DNA of 64,000 nucleotides from Octopus sinensis (GCF_006345805.1 NC_043003.1:81158001-81222000); one strand, 5' to 3'; positions 13,007 through 25,712 are shown, numbered from the stretch's first letter. The notes: generated from the letters alone by a model not told the origin. Translations and numbers: made by a program.

Positions 13007-13340
13007 CAGTGGTTAGAGCGTCGAGCTTACGATCGTGAGGTTGTGAGCTCGAATCCTGGACCGGGCTGCGTGTTGTGTTTAGAGCAAGGCACTTTATTTC
13101 ACGTTGCTCCAGTTCACTCAACTGTAGAAATGAGTTGCGACGTCACAGGTGCCAAGCTGCATCGGCCTTTGTCTTTCCCTTGGATAACACTGGTGGCGTG
13201 GAGAGGGGAGGCTGGTATGCATGGGCGACTGCTGGTCGTCCATAAACAACCTTGCCCGGACTTGTGTCTAGGAGGGTAACTTTCTAGGTGCAATCCCATG
13301 GTCATTCATGACCGAAGGGGGTCTTTACCCTTTACCCTTT
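13007..13340 (+). mobile_element. tRNA-derived SINE family B, near full length
   Basis: 'cagtggttagagcg...gagctcgaatcc...gtgttgtgtttagagcaaggcac...ggtgcaatcccatggtcattcatgaccgaagggg', followed by (CATA)n. Confidence 0.9.
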
Positions 13341-13420
13341 ACATACATACGTACATACGTACATACATACATACATACATACATACATACATACATACAT
13401 ACATACGTACATACATATAC

Positions 13421-13812
13421 AGGAGTGGATATGTGGAAACAGCTTGCTTACTACCCACATGGTTCCGGGTTCAGTCCCACTGCGTGGGACCTTGGGCAAT
13501 TGTCTTCTACTATAGCCTCGGGTCGACCAAAACATTGTGAGTGGAAACTTACTAGAAGCCCGTCGTATATATGTATGCATATGTATATGTGTGTGTTTGT
13601 GTGTGTATTTATGTATGTGTGTATATAAGTTGGTGTGTCTGTCTTTGACAACCGATGCTGGTGTGTTTACGTTCCGTAACTTAGCGTTCCGGCAAAAGAG
13701 ACTGATAGAATAAGTACTAGGCCTACGAAGAATAAGTCCTGGGGTCGATTTCCTCGACTAAAGGTGGTGCTCCAGCATAGCCACAGTCAAATGACTTAAA
13801 CAATTAAAAGAT
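13421..13812 (+). mobile_element. SINE family A, full length
   Basis: Head 'aggagtgg...ggttccgggttcagtccc', internal (TG/TA)n and tail 'gatagaataagtactagg...gtgctccagcat...gtcaaatgact'. Confidence 0.9.
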
Positions 13813-13857
13813 TAAAAACACTAATATAGGATGTGAAGTGGTGATAGGGGAAAACAG

Positions 13858-14000
13858 ACAAATTCACTCACAAGTGTTTGGTTAACCCCCTTGGCTATGT
13901 TAGAAAATGCATGCCCAAGTTTCAATGCAGTGGGACTGAACTGGCAACCATGTGGTCGAGAAAACAACCTTCTTACCACACAACCACGCCTGCGCCTATA
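13858..14000 (-). mobile_element. SINE family A, 5' half
   Basis: Reverse complement of the head: 'gcagtgggactgaac...cttaccacacaaccacgcctgcgcc'. Confidence 0.8.
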
Positions 14001-14496
14001 TAGGTATATATCTTTTTTCCACTCATGGTAAAGAGGAAAATACTTCGGAAATATCTGACGAGCCATTCACTTTGTAGCAGTTTAGTAGCTTTCAAAAATA
14101 CTTGTTCCTCACTACATGTTTAGGGAGCAAAACCTGATAGTAATGATGACTGCATAGTGTTAATTGTGTGGATCAATCGTCTGAAAGATCAGTGGATATT
14201 ATCCTGTTTCTAGACTATGTTCTTAGTTATATAGTCAGCCATAGTCATCAAAGGCCTTTGACAATTTGTATTTGAGGCTAATTTTCTGCAAGGGACTACT
14301 CAGCTGGAGATGTTTGTTATTTAAACCTGAGCATACTGGACCAGTACAGAACAACATGCCATACCGAAGCACACAATACACTGTCCTGCCCACAAATTAA
14401 CCCAGCAAATTACAGTCGTGAACGCAACGGTTCTATTAATCAGCGTTATTACTTTTAATCAGCGTTCTTAATAATGTTTGCTAAGTTAATTCATTT

Positions 14497-15011
14497 GTGG
14501 AGGCGCGTGGCTTGGTGGTTAGGGTGTCAGCACCATGATCGTAAGATTGTGGTTTCGCTTCCTGGACCGGGCAACGCGTTGTGTTCTTGAGCAAAACACT
14601 TCATTTCACGTTGCTCCAGTCCACTCAGCAGGCAAACATGAGTAACGCTGCGATGGACTGGCGTCCCGTCCTTCAGGGGAACACATGCGCCATAGAAAGC
14701 GGGAAACCGGGCCCATGAGCCTGGTTAGGCATTGCAAGGGCGCATTTATGTGGAGGCGCGTGGATTAGTGGTTAGGGTGTCAGCATCATGATCGTAAGAT
14801 TGAGGTTTCTTTTCCTGGACCGGACAACGCGTTGTGTTCTTGAGCAAAACACTTAATTTCATGTTGTTCCAGTCCACTCAGCTGGCAAACATGAGTAACG
14901 CTGCGATGGACTGGCGTTCCGTCCAGCTGGGGAACACATACGCCATAGAAACCGGGAAACCGGGCCCATGAGCCTGGCTAGGCTTTAAAAAGGGTGCATT
15001 TATTTTTATTT
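14497..15011 (+). mobile_element. Head-to-tail dimer of tRNA-derived SINE family C with a single 15-bp TSD
   Basis: Two ~253-bp units begin 'gtggaggcgcgtgg' (14497 and 14750). The pair is flanked by TAAGTTAATTCATTT at 14482-14496 and 15012-15026. Confidence 0.9.
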
Positions 15012-15316
15012 TAAGTTAATTCATTTAGATGTTAAAATATAACAAAGAAATAATGATTATAATTTTGTATAAGTCAACAGCGCTTGAGCCAACAAAGCTG
15101 CCGCTAAATAGTCTCACGGTGATCTCGAAATAGGGTCGAAGACGTCTTCAAATCGTACTGCCAACTTAATATATTGGTTAATGAAGTTCTTGTTGTCATC
15201 ATTTTTTTTTTAAATCGTTCATGGTTGTTGCTCTTTATTAGTATTTCTGCTTGATCAGATGTGACGTGAGGGCTAACTATGAACAAGAAGAAAAAAAAAC
15301 TGGGGCACATATATAC

Positions 15317-15752
15317 CTCTTATCTTTGACTTGTTTCAGTCATTAGACTGCGGCCATGCTGGGGCAAAACCTTGAGAAATTTTAGTAGAATTCATCGACT
15401 GCAGAATGTTTTTGTCTCTTTAAGCCTGGTACTTATTCTCTCTACCTCTATGAAGCTAAGTCACCGGGACGTAAAGATGCGAACACCGGATGTGAAGCGG
15501 TGGTGGAAAATGAGCAGAGACGAAAACACACGCGCAAACACACATACACATATACACATGCATATATATATATACGTATGGGTAGGTAGTGTGGTTAGTT
15601 ACCATTTGGGCTTCTTTCAGTTTCCATCGCCAAAATCTACTGACAAGGCTTTGGTAAGCCCGAGGTTATAGTAGGAGACACTTGCCGAAGATACCGTGCA
15701 TTGGAACTGGAACCGCAACCTTGTAGTTAGGAAGAGCAAATTTCTCATCACA
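15317..15752 (-). mobile_element. SINE family A, full length, degenerate
   Basis: Reverse complement of tail and head motifs, with the internal microsatellite. Confidence 0.8.
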
Positions 15753-16885
15753 TTCACTGATGAGCAGAAATCTAAGCATGCCTGTAACCAAGTAACGTTA
15801 TCAAAACACAAACCATCATTAAGATTAAGATTCATGTAGGTTACGCTATGTTATTGGCCATTTGTATAACACGGATGGAAAACAAGGATTGATTGAATAT
15901 GGTTACAGGAGTCAAACGCTCTCTGTTATATTATAGGAAGCTGCATATACCTTTTAATGATAGCAAATACAAAAATCCAATTTTGTTAAATTTACAATGA
16001 ACGATAGACCGAAGCTGATATAGGGTGTTAAAGTGACAATATATATTAATCACCTAAAATGATTGTTTAGTTATTCAACCACGTATATTTTCGTATTATA
16101 ATTGTATGTGACATATGTATTTACTAGCTTATGTTAATCATCAAATTTCTTGTTCATTTCCTTTTAAAATTTTATATCCTGAAGACTTATCATCATCCTC
16201 TGCAGTAATGGCAATATCTTATTAATGATGTATTACGACATAATGACTGCTAATTAGAACAGAATATCAATTAGAACATAGTATTAATAAAAATTCCTTC
16301 TAGCATTTATTAATTTCTAATAACATCTTCATTGAAAACGCCGATAACATTTTACATCAGATATAAATTTTCGGCTATCTTGATTTTGTTGAGGTACAAA
16401 ATAAATATTTTAACACAAATTACTTACATAATATACGCATTTATTGAGCAATTAGGGTGAACAATATATACATACCTACATGCATGCTTGCGCATAATTT
16501 TCGGGTTAAGCTCTATGTACAGCTTGAAATATAAATGTTGTTTCACTAAATTGACCGGGTTGAAAGTTATAAGCATGTGTCAGGTCAAAGACGACGAACA
16601 TGCGCCGTTACAGCGCTTCGCTGCATTCACTATTTTTCGGTAACTGCTCCAGTTGTCCCGGGCAATCCTCCCAACAATGCCTCGATCAGTCCCCATCTAC
16701 TTGAAATACTTCCCCATCCGCCATGATCATCGTTCATATGACCGCACGAGGCCTCATCACCAGCTAGAGCCTCAGCACAGGATCTAATCCAGTATATACT
16801 GTTTGGTTTTTATTAGCATCCACTTGCTCTGTGATTGGTCTAAACACGATGTAATATCTATATACGACCTTTGTTCAAAAGTGAA

Positions 16886-17128
16886 CATGGGATTGAACCT
16901 AGAAAGTTCACCTCCGAGACACAAGGCCGGGCAAGGTTGCTTGTGGAAGACCAAAAGTCGCCCTTGGACACCAGTCTCTCGTCTCCACACCACCGATGTT
17001 GTCCAAGAGAAAGGCAAACTAAGTGTACTGGGACCATAAAAAATAAAATACTTTTCTCAAGAACACAACACATAACTCAGTACGAGAATCGAAGTCATAA
17101 CCTCACGATTGTAAGCCCGACTACGCTG
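16886..17128 (-). mobile_element. SINE family B, internally deleted
   Basis: 'cacaaggccgggcaaggttg...agtcgccc...ctccacaccaccgatgtt...caagaacacaacac...cctcacgattgtaagc'. Confidence 0.85.
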
Positions 17129-18380
17129 ATGTATATTTGATATGTAGTAGGAGATAATAACGAGGGTTGGACTTAATCCATTATAAATGTGCTGCCCCAA
17201 ATAATGGCGGCAGCTAAGTTATGTAAGTGAAAAACGGACGTAGGAGAACACGCCTGTTCGAGGGAGCCTGTTGATTCAGCCAATCACAGACTGTGTAGAG
17301 CTGTTAACAGACAGTGCCGATAGAGCCTATTCTTAGATCTAAAAATGCATGTTTTGAACAAATGCTAATGCAGAGATGCTTCAGTCCTAAGTTTAGTGGC
17401 AGCGTTAATGAAGATGTTACGCGTTAATTTAATGTGTTAAACTTATCTTTATTAACATATATTGAATTTTACATAGATATATTTACACAGATAGAAGTGT
17501 CAGAATTTGTGATCCGCCCGCACAAAAACGTTTCCCTGCACTTAGTTTAGAACGAAATGAGTATTGCCTTAGAAATTATATTTTCCTGAAGTTTCAATCC
17601 TGAGAACTAATACAATATGTATTTATTAAGGATAATCTAAATTTTCTTCACTTCGAGATTTAGGTTAGTTTTCCACTGGAATTTGCATACGGATGTGTGA
17701 GGTAACCTATATCTGGCTCGATTCACAGACAGAATAATAAATCACTAAAACAATCGATTCAACGTGACATACGTGATAGATAACACTTTAGTTATTTTTC
17801 TATTAATTTCTTATGCACAATGCGTACGATATTACATCTATTTCTAGATATGCCTGTTCCAGCTGAGTCATCGCATTTAGTCGCATTTAAGTCATATAAA
17901 TCGAATGTCCTGCATTTCATTGTATGATTATATGCATTTAAATATATTTGTATGTGCGTATATGTGTACACTTATATATGCATATATATGTGTGTGTGTG
18001 TGTATATGTGTACGTACACGTGTGTGCTTGTATCTGTGGGTTTTTCGTTTCTTTATTTAATTTTCTGTGTGTGTGCATGCAACAATTATGTAACTATGGT
18101 CTCTTAGTCGCTTTATGTCCTGTAATTTAGCTGATCACAAATAGAAAATGCAAGTTGAATTCTAAACAGGGATATCTACCTAAATTGATTAAATACTTAA
18201 ATACTGTCCTAGCGTGGGCAAAGTCGAAGGAATGAAATTTAGTAAGAGAATAAAATATTGCAATTTAATTGAAAATGAAATGAATATATCATTTAGTTTT
18301 ATATATATATATAGATGAATGAGATGTATTTAATTTTCAATTACATTACAATATTTCATTCTTTTATTAGGTTTCAGCCC

Positions 18381-18546
18381 TACGACAGGCTTCTTTCAGT
18401 TTTCGTCTACCAATTCCACTTACAAGGTCGATCCGGTGCTATAGAAAAAAAAAAACACTTGCCCAATGTGCCATGCTGTGGAACCGAATCCGGAACGACG
18501 TGGTTTGGAAGCGAGCATCTTACAACACTGCCACTCCTGCGCCTAT
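18381..18546 (-). mobile_element. SINE family A, 5' half
   Basis: 'cgacaggcttctttcagtt...cacttgccca...ccactcctgcgcc'. Confidence 0.85.
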
Positions 18547-18589
18547 ATATAGTGAACCCCTGAAACCGCCTCTTCACAGGAGTTTGATG

Positions 18590-19045
18590 CTTCAATGGGC
18601 CCACACTGCATGACGTTAGACATGAGTTGTGTTCTATTCACTGTCGAAGCCAGGGCGACCCTTGTCGAACCTGACTGTCGGGGAAATGGTCGGATCTGTT
18701 TTGGAGATGAGCGTCACCTCCGTATACGACTTCAACAACAGGGTGGAGGAAACATGTTGGCTGGTATCATTGGGGACATACTTATTGGCCCAGTCAGGGT
18801 CCCTGAAGATGTTAAAGTGACCGCAACCTCCTCCTGCAATCTTCTGAATGAGGTCATGGATCCCTTGCTAGATGACATACTGCTGTTACTTTTTAAGGAA
18901 TCTCCTTTGCATGCATGACACCACTCCCACCCACTCTGCTAGGACCACTCAAACATTCCGAGGGTCTTACGGCATACAAGGTGAAGGGTACATGGTTTTG
19001 CCGCTAGCATCTCTGGATCTCAACCCTATGGAAAATCTTATTAAA
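18590..19045 (+). pseudogene. Tc1/mariner-superfamily transposase catalytic fragment with DD37E spacing (TRT-like), frameshifted
   Basis: ORF 18595-18918 has LFTVE (for LFTDE), RLQQQGGG and AGII...GPVRVP. ORF 18872-19144 has MHD...LDLNPMEN, with 37 residues between D and E. No TIR is seen. Confidence 0.85.
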
Positions 19046-19086
19046 ATCCATTATTTAAAAAAATGTTTATGCCGATGTGCCAGTGA

Positions 19087-19282
19087 TTGTCCACCCCACC
19101 AACATCCCTTGACAGACGATGCTGGTGTGTTTACGCCCCCGTAGCGTAGCGGTATAGCAAAAGTCACCGATAGAATAAGTACTAGGCTTACAAAAATGAG
19201 TCATTGGGTCGATTTGCTCGACTAAAGGTGGTGCTCCAGCATGGCCGCAGTCACACGACTGAAATAAATGATACAATGAAAG
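19087..19282 (+). mobile_element. SINE family A, 3' half
   Basis: 'gatgctggtgtgtttacg...gatagaataagtactaggcttac...ggtgctccagcatggccgcagtc'. Confidence 0.9.
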
Positions 19283-19313
19283 AATATATATATATGTATG
19301 CATGTATATATAC

Positions 19314-19370
<57 letters not shown>

Positions 19371-19431
19371 AATATATATATATATGTATATATATATGTA
19401 TGTATATATATGTATATATATATATGTATGC

Positions 19432-19471
<40 letters not shown>

Positions 19472-19516
19472 ATATAATATATGTATGTTATATATATATA
19501 TGTATGTATTATATAT

Positions 19517-19557
<41 letters not shown>

Positions 19558-19608
19558 ATATATATGTATATATATATACATATGTATATATGTATATATA
19601 TATGCATG

Positions 19609-19639
<31 letters not shown>

Positions 19640-20325
19640 GTATGTATATATATGTATATATATATATGTATATATATATATGCATGTATATATATATGTA
19701 TGTATATATATATATTGTATATATATATGTATGCATATATATATAATATGTATGTATATATGTAAGTGTATGTATATATATATATATGTATGTATATATA
19801 TAAATGTATGTATATATATATGTATATATATACATATATGTATGTATGTATATATATATGTATATATATATGTATGTATATATATATGTGTATGTATATA
19901 TATATATATATGTATGTATAAATATATATGTATATATATGTATATATATATGTATATGTATGTATATATATATATGTATATATATATATAGTATATAAAT
20001 ATGGATATATATGTATATATATATGTATATATATATATATATGTATATACATATATATATATATGTATATATATAATATATGTATATACATATATATATG
20101 TATGTATATATATATGTATGTATATGTATATATATATGCATATATATATGTATGTATATACATATATATATGTATGTTATATATATATATATATGTATGT
20201 TATATATATATATATGTAGTATATATATATATATATATATATGTGTGTATGTATGTATATATATATATATTATATATATAATATTATATATATATATATA
20301 TTAATATATATATATATAATATATA

Positions 20326-20388
<63 letters not shown>
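19283..20388. repeat. ~1.1 kb compound (TA)n/(TATG)n microsatellite
   Basis: Direct reading; it begins immediately after the SINE tail. Confidence 0.97.
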
Positions 20389-20392
<4 letters not shown>

Positions 20393-22027
20393 CATAATTC
20401 AGTAGGATAGTTTATATACTGATAAGTGGAAGAGGTAAATATAATGCGGCACTTTGAAGAAGGTGAATGTTTACGAGCTAGAACCAAATTTAGAAACCAA
20501 AATTGTTGAAGCGCACGTTCTTCAATTGTGAATATAAAGCTCTTTATATGTGTGTGTGTGTGTGTTGCGCTCGTAAAATATTGAAACATAATCAAGAAGT
20601 CACTTGCTAAAGGCTACTGATAGATAAAGGGATATGCAGATAGAGAATATGAAATAAAGTCTGAATAAGAAAAAAGATAGAGATTTTATTGAATTAAAGA
20701 GTAATATCTAAGGTAAGCACACCTGAGATCAATAGGCAGCTAGCTAATATTGAAACGATTCTTATAAATCAACGGAATTATCTGCCCTTTCTCGGTAGCG
20801 TAAACAGTCGGATTATATGAAAAATCGAAACCTTTGCTCGGTTATCACATTTGTTCCTATATTTTTTGTTTGGCCTTTATATTATTTGTAGCTTCGTATG
20901 CCACACCAATGCACATTGCTCACCAACAAATTGCCGCATTTTACAGTTATTCTGATCTGTCCCATCCACATTTCAGAGTAAATTTGTCTGACTAAATTTA
21001 TACATTACATACGACGCAGAAGTATAATAATTCAGGCTTAGGTTCCAGTGACAGGCATAAAATTCTGAACTGTGTGTAATACAACTTGAAGAATTACTCT
21101 TTGAAAGGTTCATAGTTCATTGGATAGCTCTTAAAACGATGAAGATGCTGCTTTATTTATTATATTTCTTCTTTGGCAGTGTAGCTCGATCTGTGACTGA
21201 CAATATTTCTATTTCTTACGTTATATATGCCTGTCTTCGTGAAATAGTCGATATCTGCAGTTATTAGTTTCCATAACGGTAACTCTTAGTGAAGAAATCA
21301 TCCACAAAAATATTTCTCGATAACTCATTAATTTAACGTTTTTGCTCTAACGCACAGAGAAAAGAATGTGAATAATAAATATAAAAATAAAAGTTGAATT
21401 ATCATTCTGCTTTTAATATCGATTTATTTTAACTGAACATAAGATCGACACTTTAAATAGAGAAGCAAAATCTATAGAGTTACTGGTACTTAATCGATTA
21501 TACCTATATAAATATGAAACCGCTGCCGAGATTAGCGAGATTTGAACCTAAAACATGTGTATACTAAATTAGTTAAACTCTTGATGTTCTGATGTTACAT
21601 CCATACAAACTAACTTCATTTATGACCAATGTTATATTCGTAAAATAACTGAACGTTCGAACTCTAAGAAGGGTGTAACAAGTGATTGTATACTGCAACT
21701 ATACATATCATACATATTAGATATTAATTTTATCGATCTCGGAAGAATATAAAGCAGTGTCGTCTCCATTAGAATTTAATTTCAGCAACTCTAATGTATT
21801 TAGTCCGTTGCTCCGATATGTATGCCACCTTAGTTCTGTGGTCCTGATATTCCGAAACTTACAAAGCCAGTCGAGCATGAGAAATATTAAAATCTTCTCA
21901 ATATTAAAAAATTCCGAATAAACGTAAAACATGACATTTTTTGCTCATTCTGTCTCTCTTTCGCTCACACACAGACACACACACATGCATAAATGCACTC
22001 ACAAAAGCACGTACACACACATATGTA

Positions 22028-22087
<60 letters not shown>

Positions 22088-22171
22088 ATATATTATATAT
22101 ATATATTGATAAAAATGATAAGACAACAAAAGAATGAAAGAGACCTCGGTATTATGTAAATAGAGGAATTT

Positions 22172-22351
22172 ATCTGTAAATGTGACAATTATTCGGTAGC
22201 CATGATAAAACTTCAAGTTTCGGATACTAGATAGTATTTTTCCGATGGTCGGATAACTGAAGAGATGGTGGTGTGAATTTCCACCTCGGCATCCGAAACT
22301 CGGAGTTTTAGCATGGCTACCGAATAATTGTCACATATTACATTTACAGAT
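22172..22351 (+). mobile_element. Fold-back element (inverted arms 22172-22225 and 22291-22351) containing a hammerhead; probable PLE pLTR derivative
   Basis: The arms differ by three substitutions and one 7-nt indel. There is an internal ATACTA-GA-TAGTAT hairpin at 22224-22237. Confidence 0.75.
22252..22312 (+). ncRNA. Type I hammerhead ribozyme
   Basis: GATAA-CTGAAGA-GATG(GTGG..CCAC)CATC-C-GAA-ACTCGGAGT-T-TTAGC. The left arm retains TTATC, the perfect stem I partner. Confidence 0.65.
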
Positions 22352-22519
22352 ATATACATATATATATCGAATTAATAAGACTCCCGTGAACATAATAATG
22401 TATACTTAACTTGTATTAATTGATGTATCACTCATGAAATTGCTCATCAAATGCAAAAAGGCCAATCTTGCGGTTTCTGTTATGTTCAAATTTTCCCAGA
22501 ATGGGAGGTCAGTCCTTTG

Positions 22520-22660
22520 CAGGAATACTCATTTTTGCCAGCTGATCAGCGTGAACTAAGTGTTTCTCTCAAGAGCGCAACCTATTGCCTTGTCTAGCAA
22601 TCGAAATCACAATCTTACCATCATGAGTTCAGCAACCTAACCACTAAGGTACGCGCCCGA
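22520..22660 (-). mobile_element. SINE family C (degenerate)
   Basis: 'tactcatttttgccagctga...ctcaagagcgcaac...cacaatcttac...cctaaccactaag..acgcgcc'. Confidence 0.75.
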
Positions 22661-24149
22661 ACTATCATTGGAGAAATATAAATAATTATAATCAGTTCTG
22701 AAACGTCATTAGAGTCTAAGATGAGAATATAATGGGAGGAAGTATTTTAATATATCCTATTAACTGTGTAATTAATATTACTTCTTTTTACGCTCTTCTC
22801 CGCGTAAGAATCTGTTACTGCGCGTGTATAGTTGTGTGTTTACTGGATAAATTCTATAAATCCTATAATGGATAGCACTAATATCTAAAATACAATAAAA
22901 TTATTCTGTTATATCCTTAGGTCCCACCTCCAACCAGTAGCCAACGGTTATTCATATTCCACGATGTTTCGTGGCTTTGGTTCCTTATTCAGAATGTGGA
23001 TTATTTCTTTACAAACCTTAGCAGTTTGGTTCTAACAACACATCGCCCATTTTCCTTTTCTTTTCCTTCCGGTAGCACAGTAGCGAGATTGTTTTCATGT
23101 TTTCTTTTTTTATGTTCAGAGATAGAAGTACCCAATATACAATGGGAAGCATATGATTTTAACTTCAGCTTGATTTTCATTCAATGCTTCTATTATTGAT
23201 CATTGGTTAACTTTTGCTCCGAAGAGGATAAAAGGGAAGCTACCTACTATCCTTCTGACGATGGAAAAAGAAATGAAAAGCTGTGTGTATGTGTATATAT
23301 GTAAGTTAACGGCTATAGTGTATAAAATATAAGGTTATATTTGTTGCTTATGAATATATAAATATATAAATAATAATATGAACGTATGCATGTTTCAGCA
23401 AGTTACAGGAAAGTGAAAATAATTTGTTCTTTAACTACAGACTAAATTCTCTTCTGTATGCTTCAATATTTCTAGGCAACTGAAGTGAACGTCAGATCAA
23501 ATAAATACCAGTTCTCTGCTAGAATTCTTTACATCGACTACAGAGCTTTTTCAAAGTATTTTGTGTCTTCTCAATTATGATTTAGAATATATTTCACAAA
23601 GTTTCACATAATATTCGAAACTTATTTTACAGTAAACGTGAGTTACAGCGAATCTATATTATTTCCAAAATCTCTAACATCCATATCCATATAGAACAGG
23701 TATTTATTCTACTTTAACAGTGCTAAGTGGTTCCGAAAGAATTTTAATTTCTGCAACAAAGAAAATCAATTCACTTCTGAAGTCCACATTGTTTACGGTG
23801 TATATACATAAGAAATAAAATATTTAGCACTACCCAGGCATGAATAGTCCCGACCAGGCATGAATAGTCCAGACCATTGGAATTAAGAACTTTTGTTCTA
23901 AAAAGTCTACTCTTCTTTTAGCCTGCATTGGAATATATCATCGTTTAAAATAGTCTGTTCGACCAGGAAATACAAACACATTGTAGAATGTAACAAGCAC
24001 TTTCGCTACCAGGCCATTTTTACATGCTCAGTTTTGAGAGCTCCTATCTAAAGCTCAAAGGAAATTTCTGCGAGCTCATTTACAAAGTGATTCTCTTATT
24101 ATTATCAAAAGTTAGGGAAATACAACGAAAGAAAATTAATGATTTATGG

Positions 24150-24320
24150 GCGCAGACGTTCTTGTGAATTTAAGGAGTTTCACTTCCAAACTTCGTGAGC
24201 CTGGGTTTGATCCAGCTGCGTGGATCAAACCCAACTTGATCAGCTGTCTTCTGTTTCAGTCTCGAGGAGATGAGAGCCTTGTGTGTTAAAATTGGTTTAG
24301 AAAAAAACTGTGCAAACCCA
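24150..24320 (+). mobile_element. Degenerate SINE family A head
   Basis: 'cctgggtttgatcc.gctgcgtgg...gtcttct...agccttgtg' follows the head motif order. Confidence 0.45.
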
Positions 24321-25697
24321 CTCAGATTGATCATTGCAGTTATTCCATTTAAGTCCTAATCCACGTCCTCGTTGGGACTTGCGAACGTCCGCCCTTATTT
24401 TACCAGTCACGGTGTACCTAAAAAAAAAAATGGCGCTTTCCTTCTTCCGCTTCGAAAGCGGTAAAAAACTTCAACTTCTCTTTGTATATGGGAGTGTGTA
24501 TATATGTGTGACTGTTATTGCTCTTAACAAACCCCTCATATATTCTACCAGGGACATGTTAAAACAGTCAGTCTGACGTTTGTGGTAAAGGGGGACATGT
24601 GTAGAGCAGATTTAATCTATTCAAATTCAATTATGTTTTACCGCGTATCTCAGGAGGTTCATTACTAAGTCGATTTGAGCTCGAATTAAAGGAAAAAGTG
24701 AAAACTTAAATGTATATAAATTAATTAGCAACCATTTGCAACACTATTTTTGAATTGTCATCAAATATTTACTTGTACTGATTTAATTTGATAAAATAAT
24801 GATTCATCGTTATCATGAGGCAATACCAACATGAAGTTCGTAGAAGTGCTGCATACAGTAGCAAGATAAATTTACTAATGTGTAACTACTAATTGTAAAT
24901 CCTGATGTTTCTAATCTACCGTACAAAAAAGATTTTCGTCAAAGCATTACACATATTAATGACTGCGCCCTGTTTGAACCACGTGAAAATCAGTAAAACA
25001 GCAAAAGAACAAGTAATTTACAAAAATCAAAAGCAGACATCCTTTTTTATTAATAGCCTTGTGTGTTTTAATATCTATAATTGGCGTTAGTTTCCACATT
25101 TGTATATTTCATTATGGTAAATCTATAACTGAATAACAAAAATAATGAAATGCAAACATTACAGAAGTGAATTAAAAAACAACAATTATGTTTGAAATAT
25201 ACAGAACAAAAGAAAAAATACAACCAATTTTTACTATTTTAAAATAATAAGTTTGTACAACTAAAGTCCATAAAATATGATTTGGATTTTTTTTTACGTT
25301 TTGGATTGATTTTCTTTTTCATTGTGTATACAATGTGCACGTGTGAGACATACAAGTGTTGTGAAGGGAAAAAAATTATTCCACGAAAATTTTCTTCCAT
25401 ATTTAATATTCTAACAGTATATTTATATAACCTATATATTCTTATCTCTATATTCATAATCACATGCTCACACACAGATACATAGACACATACATACACG
25501 CACACGCACATATATACATAAAAAGATAGAAAAATGCATATATAGATAGATGGATGGATAGATAGGCAGATAGAGAAATAGATAGATAAATGTATATTTA
25601 CAAGGCAACTAACCATTGGTCCTTTTGTACATGGTACTTTTTTTCTCATAAATGTATTCAAGTAATAGTAATTCTGTTAACGGATGTATGTGTATGC

Positions 25698-25712
25698 ATC
25701 TATCTATCTATA

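Noticed and set aside
15757-15775. CTGATGAGCAGAAA
   Set aside because: No stem II between the core halves and no stems I or III.
19222-20304. Long ORFs (up to 313 aa) of Y/I/H/T/M/C/V, and the many similar ORFs elsewhere in the track
   Set aside because: They are translations of (TA)n/(TG)n/(TATC)n/(TAT)n arrays, which lack stops in some frames; not genes.
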